Below, piece by piece: positions 1-15,186 of a DNA stretch of 64,000 bases. The translations under genes and the position numbers were made by a program. Location: assembly GCA_012295275.1 (NCBI GenBank), contig CM022665.1:24180001-24244000 (forward strand), in the 5' to 3' direction. Source of the stretch: Chrysomallon squamiferum. Lineage: Eukaryota > Animalia > Mollusca. How positions within the stretch are numbered: the first letter of the stretch is position 1; each line of letters starts with the position of its first letter. The notes below the pieces were generated by a model. It had not been told where the DNA came from and searched no databases. It saw nothing but the letters and a program-made list of their open reading frames with translations.

Positions 1-228
1 TCTCTCTCTCTGGCTCTCTCTCTCTGGCTCTCTCTCTTTGTCAATCTTTATCTCTTTCATTTTATCAGTTTGTGTGTGCAATTTTTTTTTTTAAATTCAA
101 GTGATGTTCTAATTCATGGTAACACACACACACACAAACACACACGCACACACACACAGACACACAGTATAGGTTCATATATACGAACTTGGTCGAAACT
201 ATTTATTATCAAAACAACAACAACAAAA

Positions 229-261
<33 letters not shown>

Positions 262-805
262 TTGCTTACCAATGTTAAGTTAAATAAGAGATGGTTGCAA
301 TTTTATTTTCAGTCTTTTACGTCAGTTTACAATTTAACGTTAGCGTTATCAGAAGAAGCAGAAACGAGCATAAAGAAACCTTTTGTCCCAGATGCTAATT
401 ATGGACGTATTTGAGCGACACAGATGAACTAATCTGCAGTTTGCGGTGCATTGCGGGGAATGCCGAGGTCCGCGGCGTGACATAGCGGAGACACACGGTG
501 TGACATTGCTGACATGCCTGTCTGTCTCCGTACGCGCGACTCTCTCAGTATCCGCAGCTGTCGAAAAGAAGAGTTAAACTTCAAGTCCTGTAAACCTACA
601 GACGGATTATACGTGGAATGCGAACATCTCACGGAAGAATGCGTCCTTTAAAACAAAGATCTTCACGATTACACTATTGACACTGTTTTACAATTTCATG
701 AAACCATGACTGGCGATTTGTTTCAGTAAAGAAATATACTTTTGACTAGTAATGCTTCATTCTGTTATTTTCATTTGTAGTAGTTAGCCAGTGCGATAAA
801 GTGTA

Positions 806-912
<107 letters not shown>

Positions 913-2734
913 TCTGTAATTCCTTTCCATCTATTCATCTGTTCATTTATTATATCCATCTGTATGTGTATCTGTTTGTCTTTCGTGCTTATTTGCTTGC
1001 TTACATTAAATTCATAAACACTATTGACATTCCACTCATTTTATTCAAGTGTTTGTAATATTGAAACAAGTATGTCAGAATTATCATGTACATTCTAAAT
1101 AATGAGCTTGTTTGAGACAGTTTATACGAGCAAGAGCATCAGGACATTATATAAATTCCCGTATCAGCAAGTAAGTACAAAACAGATGAAGGACAAAGAG
1201 GCTAAGTTACCGTGATTTTTAAAAATTCTCATTTTTCTTGAACATGTATAACGGTTGAAAGAGATAATAAGTTGAATAAAACAACAAAGATAGTAATTCG
1301 CATTTAGAACTCTGAAGTAATAGTATCAACCATACTGTGTATATAATACTAGATTTTTAATTTATTTTTGACAGGTCATTTCTAAACAATAAGATATTCC
1401 TAATATAAACTTTTCTTCTTTTTTTCTTCATAAAATCAGGTTATCAGATTTAATTAACAATTAATCAGTTTAACAGGCACCGTGACAAATTGGGAATGGT
1501 GCCACGTTTTCTTGGGATTTTTTTTCTCTCTCTCACGTGACCACATTCCTAATTAGATGGGATGGTTGAATTTCGATAAAACAATTAACTGTAGGCGTAA
1601 GGCAAGTCATGGGTCAGATCTTGATTGACAAGTTGTTTTAGTTCAGACATTTAGTACTTTTTTAATTAATAATTTTTTAAAAAAAGAAGAAGAAGAAGAA
1701 GCTAAAATGATTTCTGGTTTAATTTCAGCTTCAACTGAATGATGCATAATATTAGCATAATATTTATTAATTTGTTTTCGTTAGGCTGTTTTCCGTTCCA
1801 GCTAGTTGCTCAACGGCTGGACGTAAACGCGGTAGCATGTATTTCCCTGTCGCAGGGAAGGTGCAATTAAAGAATATTTTGCTGCAACGTTCAGCGAAGA
1901 CAATGGAAACTGGTAGAGGGTTTCATCTTTCTCATCATAAACAAATAATCGTTCATTTATTTCTAAATTGTTCGATTTTTAAAAAAAAAAATGTATTTAT
2001 TATTCTTTTTTATTTATCTATATAAAAAACGAAGTATCCACAAATATTGAAAAACATTTGTGTTAGAACATGTAATATTTATTAAGTTTTTATTTTCTGA
2101 CTAGCGGATGTGTCATAAAGCTAATAAAGAAATACAACTGTCGTTCGCTTAGGATCGAAAATAAAAAAGTAATTGATTCTAATTCTAATTTTCAAAATAA
2201 CCACATTGTGATTTTTATCACTGTATTGTATTACTAATTCAATATAAAATATCAGCTAATTAATCGCTGATTTTTTTTTTTTTTTTTTTTTAAACAAATA
2301 TCACCAAAGACATCCAAACGTTATTATGGTTATCGCTGAACTTCATAAACGAAAGATCGTTTCATAAAGATTTCCTCAGTTCTATTGTCCGTGCCCACTG
2401 CCACGAGAAAGGCAGACTCGCTGGACGTTAATTTAGAAAAATGACCAATAATTGATTCCAAATCCTCGATCGCCAAGTGTTCTGTGCCAAACTACTTCAA
2501 AAAGAAGCACTTGTATTCTGGGATAGGAGAGGCGCGGCGTCGCTTTTGTCACAGTTGTTGTTCTGAGTGGGCAGTGAGAGCAAATCGCCACCGGCACTGC
2601 ACACAGTGTGGACTGAACCCGAGCCGCTATCTCTTGACCATCTGAAAGACACTGTCAAGAATCATCGTCCTTTGAGATGTTTGGTGTGGTGTATGGGGAA
2701 TAGTATTTCATTTCGCTTTGTGCTGTGGCTTAGG

Positions 2735-2746
2735 AATAATAACAAC

Positions 2747-2786
<40 letters not shown>

Positions 2787-2990
2787 TAAATTCTTAAATT
2801 ATGGGTCATTAGAAACATTCTTTTTTTCTCTCTCTTCCTTTTTTTTTTTTTTATTACTATTATTTATTTATTTTATTTTAATTTTATTTATTTTATTTTA
2901 TTATTATTAATATTATTATTATTAACATTATTTTTATTATTATTGTTATTATTACTATTATTATTATTATTATTACTATTATTATTATTA

Positions 2991-3043
<53 letters not shown>
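2735..3043. repeat. (AAT)n tract followed by a long (ATT)n/T-rich tract
   Basis: (AAT)n at 2735-2782 and (ATT)n at about 2850-3043, in opposite orientation. Confidence 0.92.
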
Positions 3044-3047
<4 letters not shown>

Positions 3048-5702
3048 TTTCTATTTATTTAATCAAGCAGAAATTCTTTATCTGTTTTCTATACTGATCC
3101 TTTATCTTCCTTTATTTTTCTATACATGACTGTCTTAGACTATGTGTCTCATTTCGAAAGTCATCGATATTTCCATTTGCTCAGGGAAAAAAAAAAACTT
3201 AATCTCTTCCAAATGAAAATACCAATGGCGCTACCACAATGTCAGTGGTGAACAATTTACGCATAACTGCTCCTGGAATTTTAATTTACTGTATTATACA
3301 CATGAAGACACAGACTGTTTTCTGAGTTGACTTGAATAAGAAATCAAGCATTTTACCTATCTAATTATGTGATCGTTTGTTAACGTTTTCACCTCATTCT
3401 AACCTCCGGGTTACTGTCACGACGAGTTAACTGTCATATATTAATAGCGGGAGACAATGTATGGATCTCAGTCTTGGTTGCCTAACGAGTTATAAATAGC
3501 GAGAGTACAGTAGTTTATAATTTGCTTGTAACAGAGAAAGCTATTTCGACGAAGCAGTGGTTTTATCGTGTTTTACTTGCACATTAACAGTTGATAAGGT
3601 CAAACGAACTCGGTTAATATATCATTAGCCAATAAAAGCTACTAAACGAGAGCTTTAATATAAAAATTAGAAATATCTTCGTGAGGAATGTATGTCTGAT
3701 TGAATCTGCTTACTCTCTCTCTCTCTCTCTCTTTTTCTCTATTTTTCTCCCTAACTCATATCTTTCCTTTTTACAAATGTACATACATGTATGCATCTAC
3801 CCACATTTTATTTCTGTAATAGTTTCTCTCTAAAAAAAAAAAAAAAAAAAAAAAACTTATTCTGTGTCAATCTCTCTAAAAAAATGTTGGCATCTCTCTT
3901 CTCTTGATGTCGCTCGATTTCCTTCTAATGTCAGTAAAAGAAAGTTAAAATCAACTCTGGTGATATTTCCTCTTACTGACAATAATGCTATCAGTTGTGA
4001 TGATGATTTCCAGTCACTATTTCCTCAGCTTCGTAATTGTTCTCTCATAATTAGTGTCACAAGTAACGCTTCTTTGATCACTGCAGAGCACAAAACATTC
4101 AGGACAAAACATAACCGATTTCAACATGTCAGTAAATACCACATTTTCAATTCCCTGTCCATTCCACATTTCAATATTTTCTATTGTACTGAAATATCTC
4201 CACACAAATGAAGGCTGACACGTTATTGAAATAGCCATTTAATCCTGCATGGAACCCACAAAGGGATCAAACAGATCCACCAGCGCTGCAAAACTGTCGT
4301 TGAAAGCATGTAACAAGTTACAAATATTTACAGCAAATAATGACTTCGATCCATAATCTGAAACTCAAGCAGTTGTTAATGAGAATATGTTGTGAGCACT
4401 TTCAGTCAATTAGTTGGAGATACGCGACATAATAGAGTCTAGACTGAGTTCTGTACTATATACAGAGTTATTAAGCGCTGTTCGACATTGACTATTGTCC
4501 ACGCTGACCGTAAGCTTTCATAAGACCAATACTGTGCTTCGTGGTGTTGTGGAGATTTGTCTTTTGATACTGTCATACACAAATCACAGAATGCTTACAA
4601 TACGTCGAGTGGAGTGGAGTATTTAGTGTCGTAGAAATAATTAATTTCAAAGATCGAAGGAAATGCACAGTTAATAACGTTATTATATGTCCTTAGTTGT
4701 TTGATATGAAGGTTACAAGAGAAATGCGTTCGAATTGTAAAGACCACCTAAGAATCTTATTTCATAGATATCTCTACTACAAAAGTTAGGTCTAAGATGC
4801 CGTGCGTGAATTTCGAATTATATTTGATCTTCGTGTAATATTAATTTTAGGAGTAAAATCTGACTACATTTTCAAACACAGGTCTTTCTTATTTTTATTA
4901 ATGGCGTCTGACCACACAGACATCTTATAAATCATGGTGGTCCTTTATTATGTTGAAAGAAATAACAGGTAATAATACATCTTCAATGAAATAACACCCA
5001 TAGTAATTACGAAATATTCTTTACAATATCTCAGACATAAAAACGATTTGTATTTTTTCAACCTCAGTTTGAATCATTAAATACACAAGAGAGAAATATC
5101 AGGTTTCTTTTGAACGAATCATGAGAAAAATTCATTCAGGTGAAAGAAGAAAACCTTTAAAAAGCAAATTACAAGCTACAGAAATCGCTAGGGCAGATTA
5201 TATAACGTAAGGTACGTATTAATCACTACCTCTGTTTGTGTATGTAAACGTAACGGTATATTACAAATTGTGTGTTTTTGTTGGTGCATTTTAATCGGTT
5301 TGCGTATGTAGACGAAACAAGGTCTCGGCGTTTGCTTTGAAGTTGGGCATTGGCGCTGCTATCGAAACAAGATCCTCGCACATTTCCTAATTGATTGTCT
5401 GCATGCAATAAACGTATCTGGTTAATAAAGAAATGCACTGAGATTCTGATGACTGTTGGACTATTAGGAGCCGTTACTGACATTAATATACTTACTCGTT
5501 AACACAGAGGCCATGGCAGAATAAGTTTAATATGCTGAGAGAGAAATTTAGCTGCCTGAGAGGTTTATTTATTTATTTATTTATTTACACGAGAGGATAT
5601 TTCTGGACGGTGGTTATTAACTATCAAAATAAAATCTATTTTTCTGTAAATAATATTTTTATGGATATAATAATAATAATAATAAAAATAATATAATAAT
5701 AA

Positions 5703-5733
<31 letters not shown>

Positions 5734-6259
5734 TGTTGAGTTATTGTCTGTATTCTGTATAAAGAAAAATAATACACAGACAAAAATAATTTCAAAATAA
5801 ATACAGTTTTGAATAATATGCGTGATCCTAACAGTACAACTTTGCGTGCTCGGAACCATGTACTTGGTAAAATATATTAAAAAAATAATTGTAACATGAA
5901 GTGAGGATTTTTTCCTAATAAAGATAATTTTCTGTAACACACTATTTCTTATTAACCTGTATCCTGAGTAGACGATGGTCTTGCGTGACCAGTACAGCGT
6001 CCTTGAACCCTTGTTGTACATCGTCACGAAAATAATTTGCTTCATTCAAAATAAGAGGATATTTTGTTCATGTCTACCAGCTTTTCTAAAATGTTTATTA
6101 ATTGCTGTGAGTTTTTCTTGCCATTATATTATGTATAAAAATCATAAAAATATTTGTGCAATTTACACACAGATGAGACGCTATTATCAAAACCCCTCAG
6201 TAAGTACATCTGTTAATCGATGTCCAAAAATAACATTCTATTTATCTTTTTGGGAGCGT

Positions 6260-7163
6260 CTTGACAGCGACTCGAACGACGGTTTTCATCTACAGTTTTG
6301 TCATACTGAATGTGACAGGACGCAGTGGGTCACGTCTGCTCGATGAAGTGCAGACGACAGTCGCCATACCGGGTTCACGGTGTCCCGATCACCAAGTCCA
6401 AATCAGTATTTATTATCGTTTCTTTACGCACCTAGCGTCCACGTCGCAATTTCAGTACTGCTGCTTTCAATTATGCTTTAATTCCTCCCATCGTTAAATC
6501 AGGCGTACCCGCAATCACCCGATCACACAGTGCTACACGGGTAAAGCTTCTGTCCATTCTCATGGTCACTACAAATGCCATGGATAAAAGTGAAAACGGG
6601 CTCACCATAAAACCAATAGGATTTTGGTATTATCTTCTGACTTGACTATTATCACATGACCCCGACGTTGTGACATGGATAGATCTTGAATTAACGTATT
6701 AACCCGCCCTTGTTTGCAAGGGTTGTCAAAAGTTCAGGCTGAGAATTACATAGCAACAATCGAAGGTAATAACTAAGATTTTTTTTACAATCCTGTCTGT
6801 TGGTATTCCAATAGCGGTGAGCTTTCTTAGCTCGCGTAAAATCATTAAATGCGAAGAATACCCTGTGTGGGAAAGCTGGACGACACGTCCGACCAGCATG
6901 AGACCTTAACTTGAAGTTTTGCTGGTAATAAATTGCATACTTGCTCTTGGATTGTCAAGATCGGTGTTTGTTAAGAGAGGACAACTTTTTTCATTGCCTG
7001 TTGAAGTACAAAGAAACAATATTCGCAAACTCCGTCTACAGTAAAAAGTTTATTACTTTAAAGATGTTGAATATTTTTACTGTGAAAAATGTGAGGACTG
7101 CTTTACCTTCACACTGAATCATAACGCAGAGATATTGTCAGCTATGAAATATTTTGGAATTTT
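6260..7163 (+). promoter_or_regulatory. Candidate distal promoter and 5' UTR region upstream of the 7732 ORF
   Basis: CpG-rich block; CCAAT at 6613 and 6808; GC box CCCGCCC at 6703-6709; possible donors AAG|gtaata (6766) and TTT|gtaagt (7164). Confidence 0.35.
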
Positions 7164-7731
7164 GTAAGTTTTAATGACTTATATATATCCCTAATATTTA
7201 AGCATGATCATCGTAAACTCAAGAGCGGAGTTTTATTATTAAGTGTATGCATGCTTGTCATTTTAATCTTCTGATTGTTTGAATGAGTGGTTTAAATTTA
7301 CATAAACATGAACATTCTCGTTTGTTCTTGTACATTTTTTTATGAACAGTGAAACGTGAGGAAAAGGCTAAACTATATTGTGGTGCGGTTTTCTTTTTTT
7401 GTGTTTGTGACGCATGCAAGTTAATTTTGATGACGACCTGTCTCTGAGCATAAACCTAGTGTTTAAATAGCGTCACGTTTCAGAGAATTCGACTACACTT
7501 AGAGTTACAGCGGATAACAATTGGAAAGGAAAACGTTATTTAGTACGACGTGCCATATTGAATTGATCTTACTGCAAGACTGAACGAAATTACTGGTAAA
7601 AAAAAATTTCTTCTTTATTTGGTTTTACTTCCTGTGAAATGAAAAACATTTTGTTTATGCTTAAGTAATTGCTGGAAAACAGATTTTCGGGTTCGAGGAT
7701 CTGGCTTCAGTAAACGTATACGTTCTGTAAA

Positions 7732-8520
7732 ATGGACATAAACAATTATGTTAGAATCGAAACGATGGATCATGTAGAAAGAAAATACAAAACAAACCAC
7801 TGCAGAAAAACACCATTAACAGCTTCGAGTTTTGCGGCTTCGGACAGTTTCATGGATATAACACCTTGCAACCTTCACACCACTAGTGATTTATCCAAGG
7901 ACGTGACATCTTTGAACTTGCAGACAAATGATGAATCAGTCGTACCCACACAGTGTAACACGAAAACAAATCATAACCTTATGGACGCAGAAATTTGCAA
8001 CCTGCAAACACACTGCCGTAAAAAGGGAGAAAACGATGATGCAGGTTCGCGAATGGAAACTGCATTGGTGCGCCATCTTCTTCCTAAATTCAGTAACTTA
8101 GACTTTCATTCCATGGTGGAAAAAGCAAGCGAAAGTCCTTGTAATAGTATTAGTTACTCACTTATAAATGACTTGCATACAGGTGAATTAAACCCACGCA
8201 AAACAATTTTGTTGCCGAAGGTGGCTGGAAACGATAGTTATGACATTAGTAGTTTTGATCTGAATGAAACAAAACGACACTTTGGCAACGAGACTCCTGT
8301 TCGTTGTACATCTGAAAACAACGATGAGCTATCGACGGACCTGGAAAAGAAGAACGTTGATAAGTTGTCAATTAGCCAGCAACTCGACGAAGAGCTGCTT
8401 AAGCTAAAAGAGATAGTTTCTTCTTTGGAGTTAATTGAGATAGAGTTAGACAAGGATGCGACACCACTGTCAAGCCTTGGAGACGAAGGAGACATCTCGT
8501 GGGGCTATAATCAAATACAG
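7732..8520 (+). CDS. Candidate first coding exon (263 codons), Ser/Thr/Asp-rich with a C-terminal coiled-coil-like stretch; possible long N-terminal isoform of the KIF26-like gene, or a separate gene
   Basis: 273-aa non-repetitive ORF (7732-8553); start context aaaATGg; donor ATACAG|gtactc at 8521 is phase 0 and in frame with 27769; heptad-like segment ISQQLDEELLKLKEIVSSLELIEIELDK. No family recognised, and the donor is only moderately strong. Confidence 0.55.
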
Positions 8521-10993
8521 GTACTCTTGAGTGTATACAAATTACGTCTTTAAGTAGGTTAAGTAGGATTAAACTGACTGACTGATCTTTTAATCTGTTA
8601 GATAATAATTTAATCGGAGCCGTTTAGCGCGGTGTTAATACTAGGGCCTAATGATCTTACATTCTGTATTAATTTCTAAAGTGGCAATATTATAATATAT
8701 TATGAATTTGCTAAATCGAACATCAGTGTCTAACGTTAATGTGTATATATTTGGAATTTGTTTTTGCTTTACACTTTTTTATGACGTCGTAACCTATAAC
8801 ACTGATCACAGCTTTCAAATTTATTTGGTCTGTGTTTCTTTAAAATATATGTATCACTATCGAATCACATCACCATTCTGTTAAAGACATCTACAGTTTT
8901 ATATCTCGCAGTATCATACACAGGGCAAAACATTACAAATACAGAAAATGGTTTAATGTGGAACAAAAATTGGTTTAATATATGAATGTGTGGGTTCAAC
9001 GTTCTTTTACATAAAGAGTAAATGCTAAAAACTGTGTGTATTACACACCATCGAAGAAACAATCTAAATAGTAATAAAACAACATATAGTTCTGCTTTGT
9101 CACAAAAGAAGAACTTGAGCTTTTAAGTACGTACTGTTTTCCTTTTAAGCAACACTCCGATGTTTCTTCACTAAATTGTATCTTCATTTCTGTATTTTAA
9201 GTCGAGAGGTGTAGAGTTACATCTATTCCATTATCATATTGAAATGTGTCAACCGAAAACATAAAATTTTTATCGTCTGTAAAGGAAATCAAAGTCGGTG
9301 AGTTGCAAATGTTAGTTCAAATGGGCTATTAAAAGGTTTATAGCTTTCTGGTCTATTGTTTGTTACCTGGTATGTAAAAGAGAGAAAAACAAGATAATAA
9401 TGAAGACGAGAAAAGAAAGAAGACGCAGACAGATTACTTATAGTGTGTCAAAACATTTGACATTTTAAACCTCGTCCGTTTTGTTGTCAGTCTTCTTTTC
9501 TTTTTTTTTTTTTTTTTTAATTTTTTTTTTTTTTTTTTTTTTTTTTTGAGTGGAAAGAAGAGCAGAGGAGTTGTATTGTCGACACTGTTCTGTCGTCTGA
9601 CCTGATCGATGAAATTAACTCACAAGATTCAAGCAATTCTATTACTTAGATTTGCGTCTGATAACCCAGAAATCCGGTTAATGTAAATACCATTAAGAAT
9701 TAGTTAATTTACATGCGATTCATTCCCTATAATGCACGTTCTCCCAGATTATCCTTTTCGTTTTGTCCAATGCTTGTATCTAAATTAACAAGTACTGTCG
9801 ATTTTTAAATGCTAACCCTGATACCATTACCAACACAACTGGGTACATGTTTAGATTTATGGCAGCACCTTTCTTAGCTAGTCAAAGACATCCTAACCAT
9901 TCGTTTGTACTATAATTGTTGCATTCGTTATTTTATTTGTGTATTAACTAAAATGTGACTCCATTTTTAAGGTGTTCGAAAACCACAGATTAATTATTTC
10001 ATCAAGAAGGAAAGAAAAAAAAAAAGAAAGAAAACAAAAAGGTGAAAAGATAAAATATGGTTATATCATTCGTCAGTCGTGACTCTGTTAAAATAGCTAT
10101 AAACAAACCTGTTTATTTAAAATGCTAAATAATTATTTCCTTATAGAAGAAACCTGTGACAGAACCTTTCTTGTACAAAGCTTATTTGTTAATTGATTGA
10201 CAAATAGAATTTCGCTGGTATTTGTCATATGTTCAAAGACATTAAAGAGCTTGTTGAAGAATCTATTTGGTTCAGGACAATTACAGAAGAATGCTGTTAA
10301 AACTGATAAAGTGTCTCTCGTTTCTGCTTGAAATTCAACTTCATCTCGCCCGGCCTTATCGTTTCATTCCGCAGACGACTGGTCATAAACCGCTTGCAGA
10401 AGTAATGAATGTCTCGTCTGCTAGGAACAGCGGAGCTGCCGTTGTGGAATCTGTTTAAAATGGCAACAAAATGTCTGCGCTGTCGTTGCTTAGTCAATTA
10501 AATCTTTTAATAAGCACAGTAAACAAACGAGACGTATTTTTATAAGTATAAAATGGCCCACGCTCAATAAGTACTTCAGTAAAACTATTTTGGTAACTGC
10601 GATTTTATTAAGTGAGCGTCCAATATAAGCCGTTTAAAGAGAGAAAATAATTACTGTTTGTCTAGGTTAAGCTGGTGGTATTATGGATAAAGTGCTGACT
10701 AAATTTACTGCATATCCTAAATAAAATGATAACCAGAGAATACCTTGAAAAGATCCATTTTGTGTGAAGCTTAAAAAAAATATATATATCGCTTTATTTT
10801 TTGTACAATTACAATTTATATCCTCAGGTTTTGAGGCTGTTTTAATACATTATTTAAATATTATTTATTTTATTAATGAATTCCAGGAGAAATAAAGTAG
10901 ATAAAAGTTTCATAATCATTAGAAATGGAAGCAATAATTAGTTACTGCTATAAAAAACAAAACGAACGATTTACTGAATCACACACGCACACG

Positions 10994-11036
<43 letters not shown>

Positions 11037-13904
11037 ATATTCATAAGAAATTAAATTCTGGAATATATAATGAAATGACCGCAAAGGCACACATAAAAGG
11101 TTATAGTGTTGATGTGGTTACTGATTAATTACGATGATGTTTTCAGTCTTGCTATGGTCTAAAAATCTATGATGGTAATGATGACGAAAACAGTTCAGTC
11201 AGCTAAAGTTTAAAAGGTATGATGATGATGGCAATTCTCTATCTTACTAATCGTTAAAAATGTTTGGAAAGTAACCTTTGTCTGTATTAGTTCCGGATTC
11301 AGAAACAAATACAGCATTAATCCTTAAAATACCAGAAAGGATAACAATGTCATGCATGGCAGGCTGTCGAGTAGTTGGTGTGAATTTGATATCAGTGGTC
11401 ACTTGTACGCCATGCGGTCCAAAATTTAGCACACTGATTAACAGTGCAATAAAAATACGTGGAGAATGTTTTTATTTCCACCAACTTAGAAAGTGACACG
11501 CGTCGTTTTAATCAGTATATGTTATAAAAGATAAAACCACAGATATGGGGGAAGATTAAGTGAAGTATGAGGGAGAACGTGTAATGAAATCAAGCACTCG
11601 TCCGTGAAGTAACAAAGCATACGGTCTGTCTGAAAATTGACAACAAAACGTGAGCGTTGAATTCGGCCCTTTCACGCAGAATTTATTTTCGAGAATATAG
11701 ATTAATATAATAATAATTAAAATCCTTTGTTCAGTTTTCGATGAATCGTTTAATTATGAACAAGAAGAACATATTTCGCTCCTGGTGATAACCTTGACGC
11801 AAATCCTCGATCCGGTTTGTCCCGAACTCTTGGTCCGGTTCGTAATTTTCTGGTTATTTCTTTATTCGCTGTGCACCAGAGCGAGAACATCAAAGACTTG
11901 AATTATTTTAACCTGCAATTATTTTAATATTGTGTAACTACGTGATTATGCTGTTACATGTGTAAAACATCTGACTGTCAGCACTGATTAGAAATTCTGA
12001 AATCATTTTAGTTCGCTTCAATGATTAACAAGCTGTCGTCAATATTAAAAGTAGCATGGCAACTCATGACATCATAGTTCCAACACAATACAAGAAAAAA
12101 ACAAAACCCTTCACGTGTCACTCCTCTGTAATTATTATAATTAATATAATGATGAATTTTAATTGTATAAAAACAATTAAGTTTTTACCGTCGTCATTAC
12201 TGTATAAAATTTAATAAGGCAACACCAAAATACACTGATGAGACTGAAGTTTTTAGTGTTAATATTCTACAAAGATTAATACATAAAAAAAAAGCCACGG
12301 TGATAACGCTAAAATAACTTTAAAGAATTAATAAATAAATAAAAGTAATCACAATTGATGTTATAACGAAATAGTCATTACGTAATATATGAATGAGCCA
12401 CCTACTAAAATCCCCTTGATATTCTTTCAGCGTTCACTTGCAAAAAGAATTAACAAAGAACATGGTCATAATAATTATGTGCATGCCAAAAAAATTACGT
12501 TTCGCCGTGCGTGATTACAGACTATCTGCTTTTCGAGTTTTTCGCTTTCCCGTTTTCTTATTTTTCTCTTAATTTTCGTCACAGCTTGCGTGAAAACGTT
12601 TGGGAATTACGTTTGTAGTTACGACACATTACAAAAAGGGAAGCCGATCGGTAAGAGGAAGTGTCGCAGACACCAATAATCTTCGCCCCAGACCAAGTGT
12701 TATAGATGCATCTAAGCTACAATTACTGGCGGCCGTTTGATACAGGCGATATGGGGTGGAATCACAGAGAGAGGCTAAAAACTGAATTTGTTAAAACGAT
12801 ATAACTGTGACGTTTAGTATGGCCATCTGTGATATTCTGGTAGAGTAGTTAAGCTTGAGGGGAATTACAATTTGCAACAAAACGAAAACTAATTAGAAGA
12901 AAAAAAGAAATATTATATACAAAGTTCTTAGATATTTAACAATGAACGAAAGTCGCGCGCGCACACACACACACACTAACAGAATCAAACTAATAGTTGA
13001 AAATACTCCATGGTAGTTTTTTTAATGGAATTTTTCCTTCTTTTTTTTTTTCCTTTTATTTGACTTTCGTCGATTATTAAATACCTTAGAACTTTTCCGA
13101 GAGCGGGGAATACACTAGGCGTGAATTATATTTTCTATTCTTCCTTCCATCATTAATTTCATTTAAACCGCTCTTTTAATTTTACGTCCTTTGAAACTGT
13201 ATATCTTTTTTTTAATACAAGTTTTAATACATATCTCTGAACTATCACTTACAAATCTGACAGTCAAATACTTTGTACATCTATCACACCTATACTCTAA
13301 ATAATAACCAAACTTGTTATAAATATTTATCTTTGCACTGACACTTATCTATTCCCCAGAAGTATCGAGAAACGCCTACTCTTAACCACAGGTCACAAAT
13401 TACAATAGCTGTAGCTTGTCCGGTCGAATCTAGTCAGCGAAAAATATTTGTTCTGACATTCTTGTGTTATACACTAACCTTTTTCCTTCATGCCTCCGTG
13501 CCTGTAAAAACCCACTTCAAACAGACCCGTTCAGACAATTCGTATACACCTTTACCTGTCTTTACCTGTTGAAAACTATCAAGTGAGCGGAAAAGCTTTC
13601 GATGAATGAGCTGTTTGCACACCTTTTCCCCCCACCTCTAAAACTCATTCATAGCTGAGGAATTTACAATTACCTGATCAGAATCCAGGTGCGTTTTTAT
13701 GTCCAAGTAAAGTCTGAAAGGACAGTTGCGGTTGTTACGTTTATTTTCCTTTTACTTGTTCTCATTTAAACACATTTTTTTTAGTGATCTTGTGTATGTA
13801 TGCAAACTAAATGCTTTATTTTACAAAATATTGATCTCTTTATACACATTTTTAATGACTCGTTTCTAAAAAGAATGAAATTTGTATTAAATCTCTCGTT
13901 CTCT

Positions 13905-13965
13905 TGCTGTCTGTCTGCCTCTCTATTTTTCTGTCTGTATGTCTGTCTGTCTGTATCTCTTTCTG

Positions 13966-14046
<81 letters not shown>
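13905..14046. repeat. (CTGT)n/(CT)n compound microsatellite
   Basis: Read directly. Confidence 0.95.
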
Positions 14047-14048
<2 letters not shown>

Positions 14049-15148
14049 GCGGTTGTGTGCACGTTTCTTTTGTGAATAGCTGTGTCCGGATATAATTACT
14101 AAACTGCACAAATGTCTAAATTCGACACTAACAACAGCTTAAGGGGTTTTCTCATTCTGTATGCGTACGTCGTAAACAAGATACGTCGCCGAAATGTTGT
14201 CAAGCCGCCGTCGCGTAACACATGTCTGTTCAACCGGTACCGTCGCCGTAGGCTTGCAACAAATCAAAACCTCAATAACTCTAGGATGATACTTTGCCTG
14301 GTTTTACATGGGACTCTATGTCAAAGAAGGCAAAGTCTGCGTCATACTTCATTCACAAATTTATGCCTGCACTGTCACAGCCTAGCACCTCCATTGTCAC
14401 GAGAGTGCGGCAGGCAGTGAGTGATTCGTTCACTCCGAAGATATGATATAAAAAATAATAAAAAAAAAAAAAAAAAAAAAAATTGTTTTTAACTTTTTTG
14501 AAGTAGACTGAAATCAAAGCGGGTCACCTTGATCTTTTAATAATAATATAAATGACCCAAATTTCGTTTTAATTATCGTTTTATATAAATTATTATTTAT
14601 TTCTAATTTCCGAAATGCATCAAAGGCAGTTTTGGTAGTTTCATTTCATGGAAGAAGAATGTTAAAGGTAAGACTTTAGTCAAAGTTTTAAAACATGTTC
14701 GGTGCTTATGGTTCAGTTTTAGCATGCTTCTGTCAGATAAACTATTCATTGAAACCTGTCGTAGTCTTCGCCAGCGATTTCTGTCCAAGACGTGGCTTGA
14801 ATGAACATAAGGCGGCTTAAATAATAGTTAACGTATCTTAATCGTTAACTATCTCTTTCAATACACACTTCAAAGACTGAAGTCCTAACTGTGTTATAAT
14901 ACAAAAAGATTTGTTTGAAGTATTTATTGTTAGAATGTTTTATTTTCTGTAATTTGTTTCTGACTATGTTTGAAAATGTTTGAAAATTACTTTTGTAGCT
15001 ATGAGGTAAAGTAGACTCTTAGAATGAAAGGCGGACATTGTTGGTGCCAAAAGTTTAAGCGCAGCTATAAAATGTCGATGGTTTGCAAACTAATTATGAA
15101 TCATATACAAACATACATGCATACATACACAGACATACATACATGCAT

Positions 15149-15186
<38 letters not shown>

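Noticed and set aside
3864-4238. Overlapping short ORFs (115 aa and 73 aa)
   Set aside because: Non-ATG or weak starts, no domain and no splice context.
7064-7731. Upstream coding exon joining the 7732 ORF through donor 7164 and acceptor 7710
   Set aside because: The ATG at 7064 stops before the donor, the ATG at 7144 would be out of frame with 7732, and the acceptor lacks a good pyrimidine tract.
8238-8495. 85-aa minus-strand ORF
   Set aside because: Antisense shadow of the 7732 ORF.
13781-14111. ER-, SL-, TH- and CV-repeat ORFs here and elsewhere in the track
   Set aside because: Translations of dinucleotide microsatellites.
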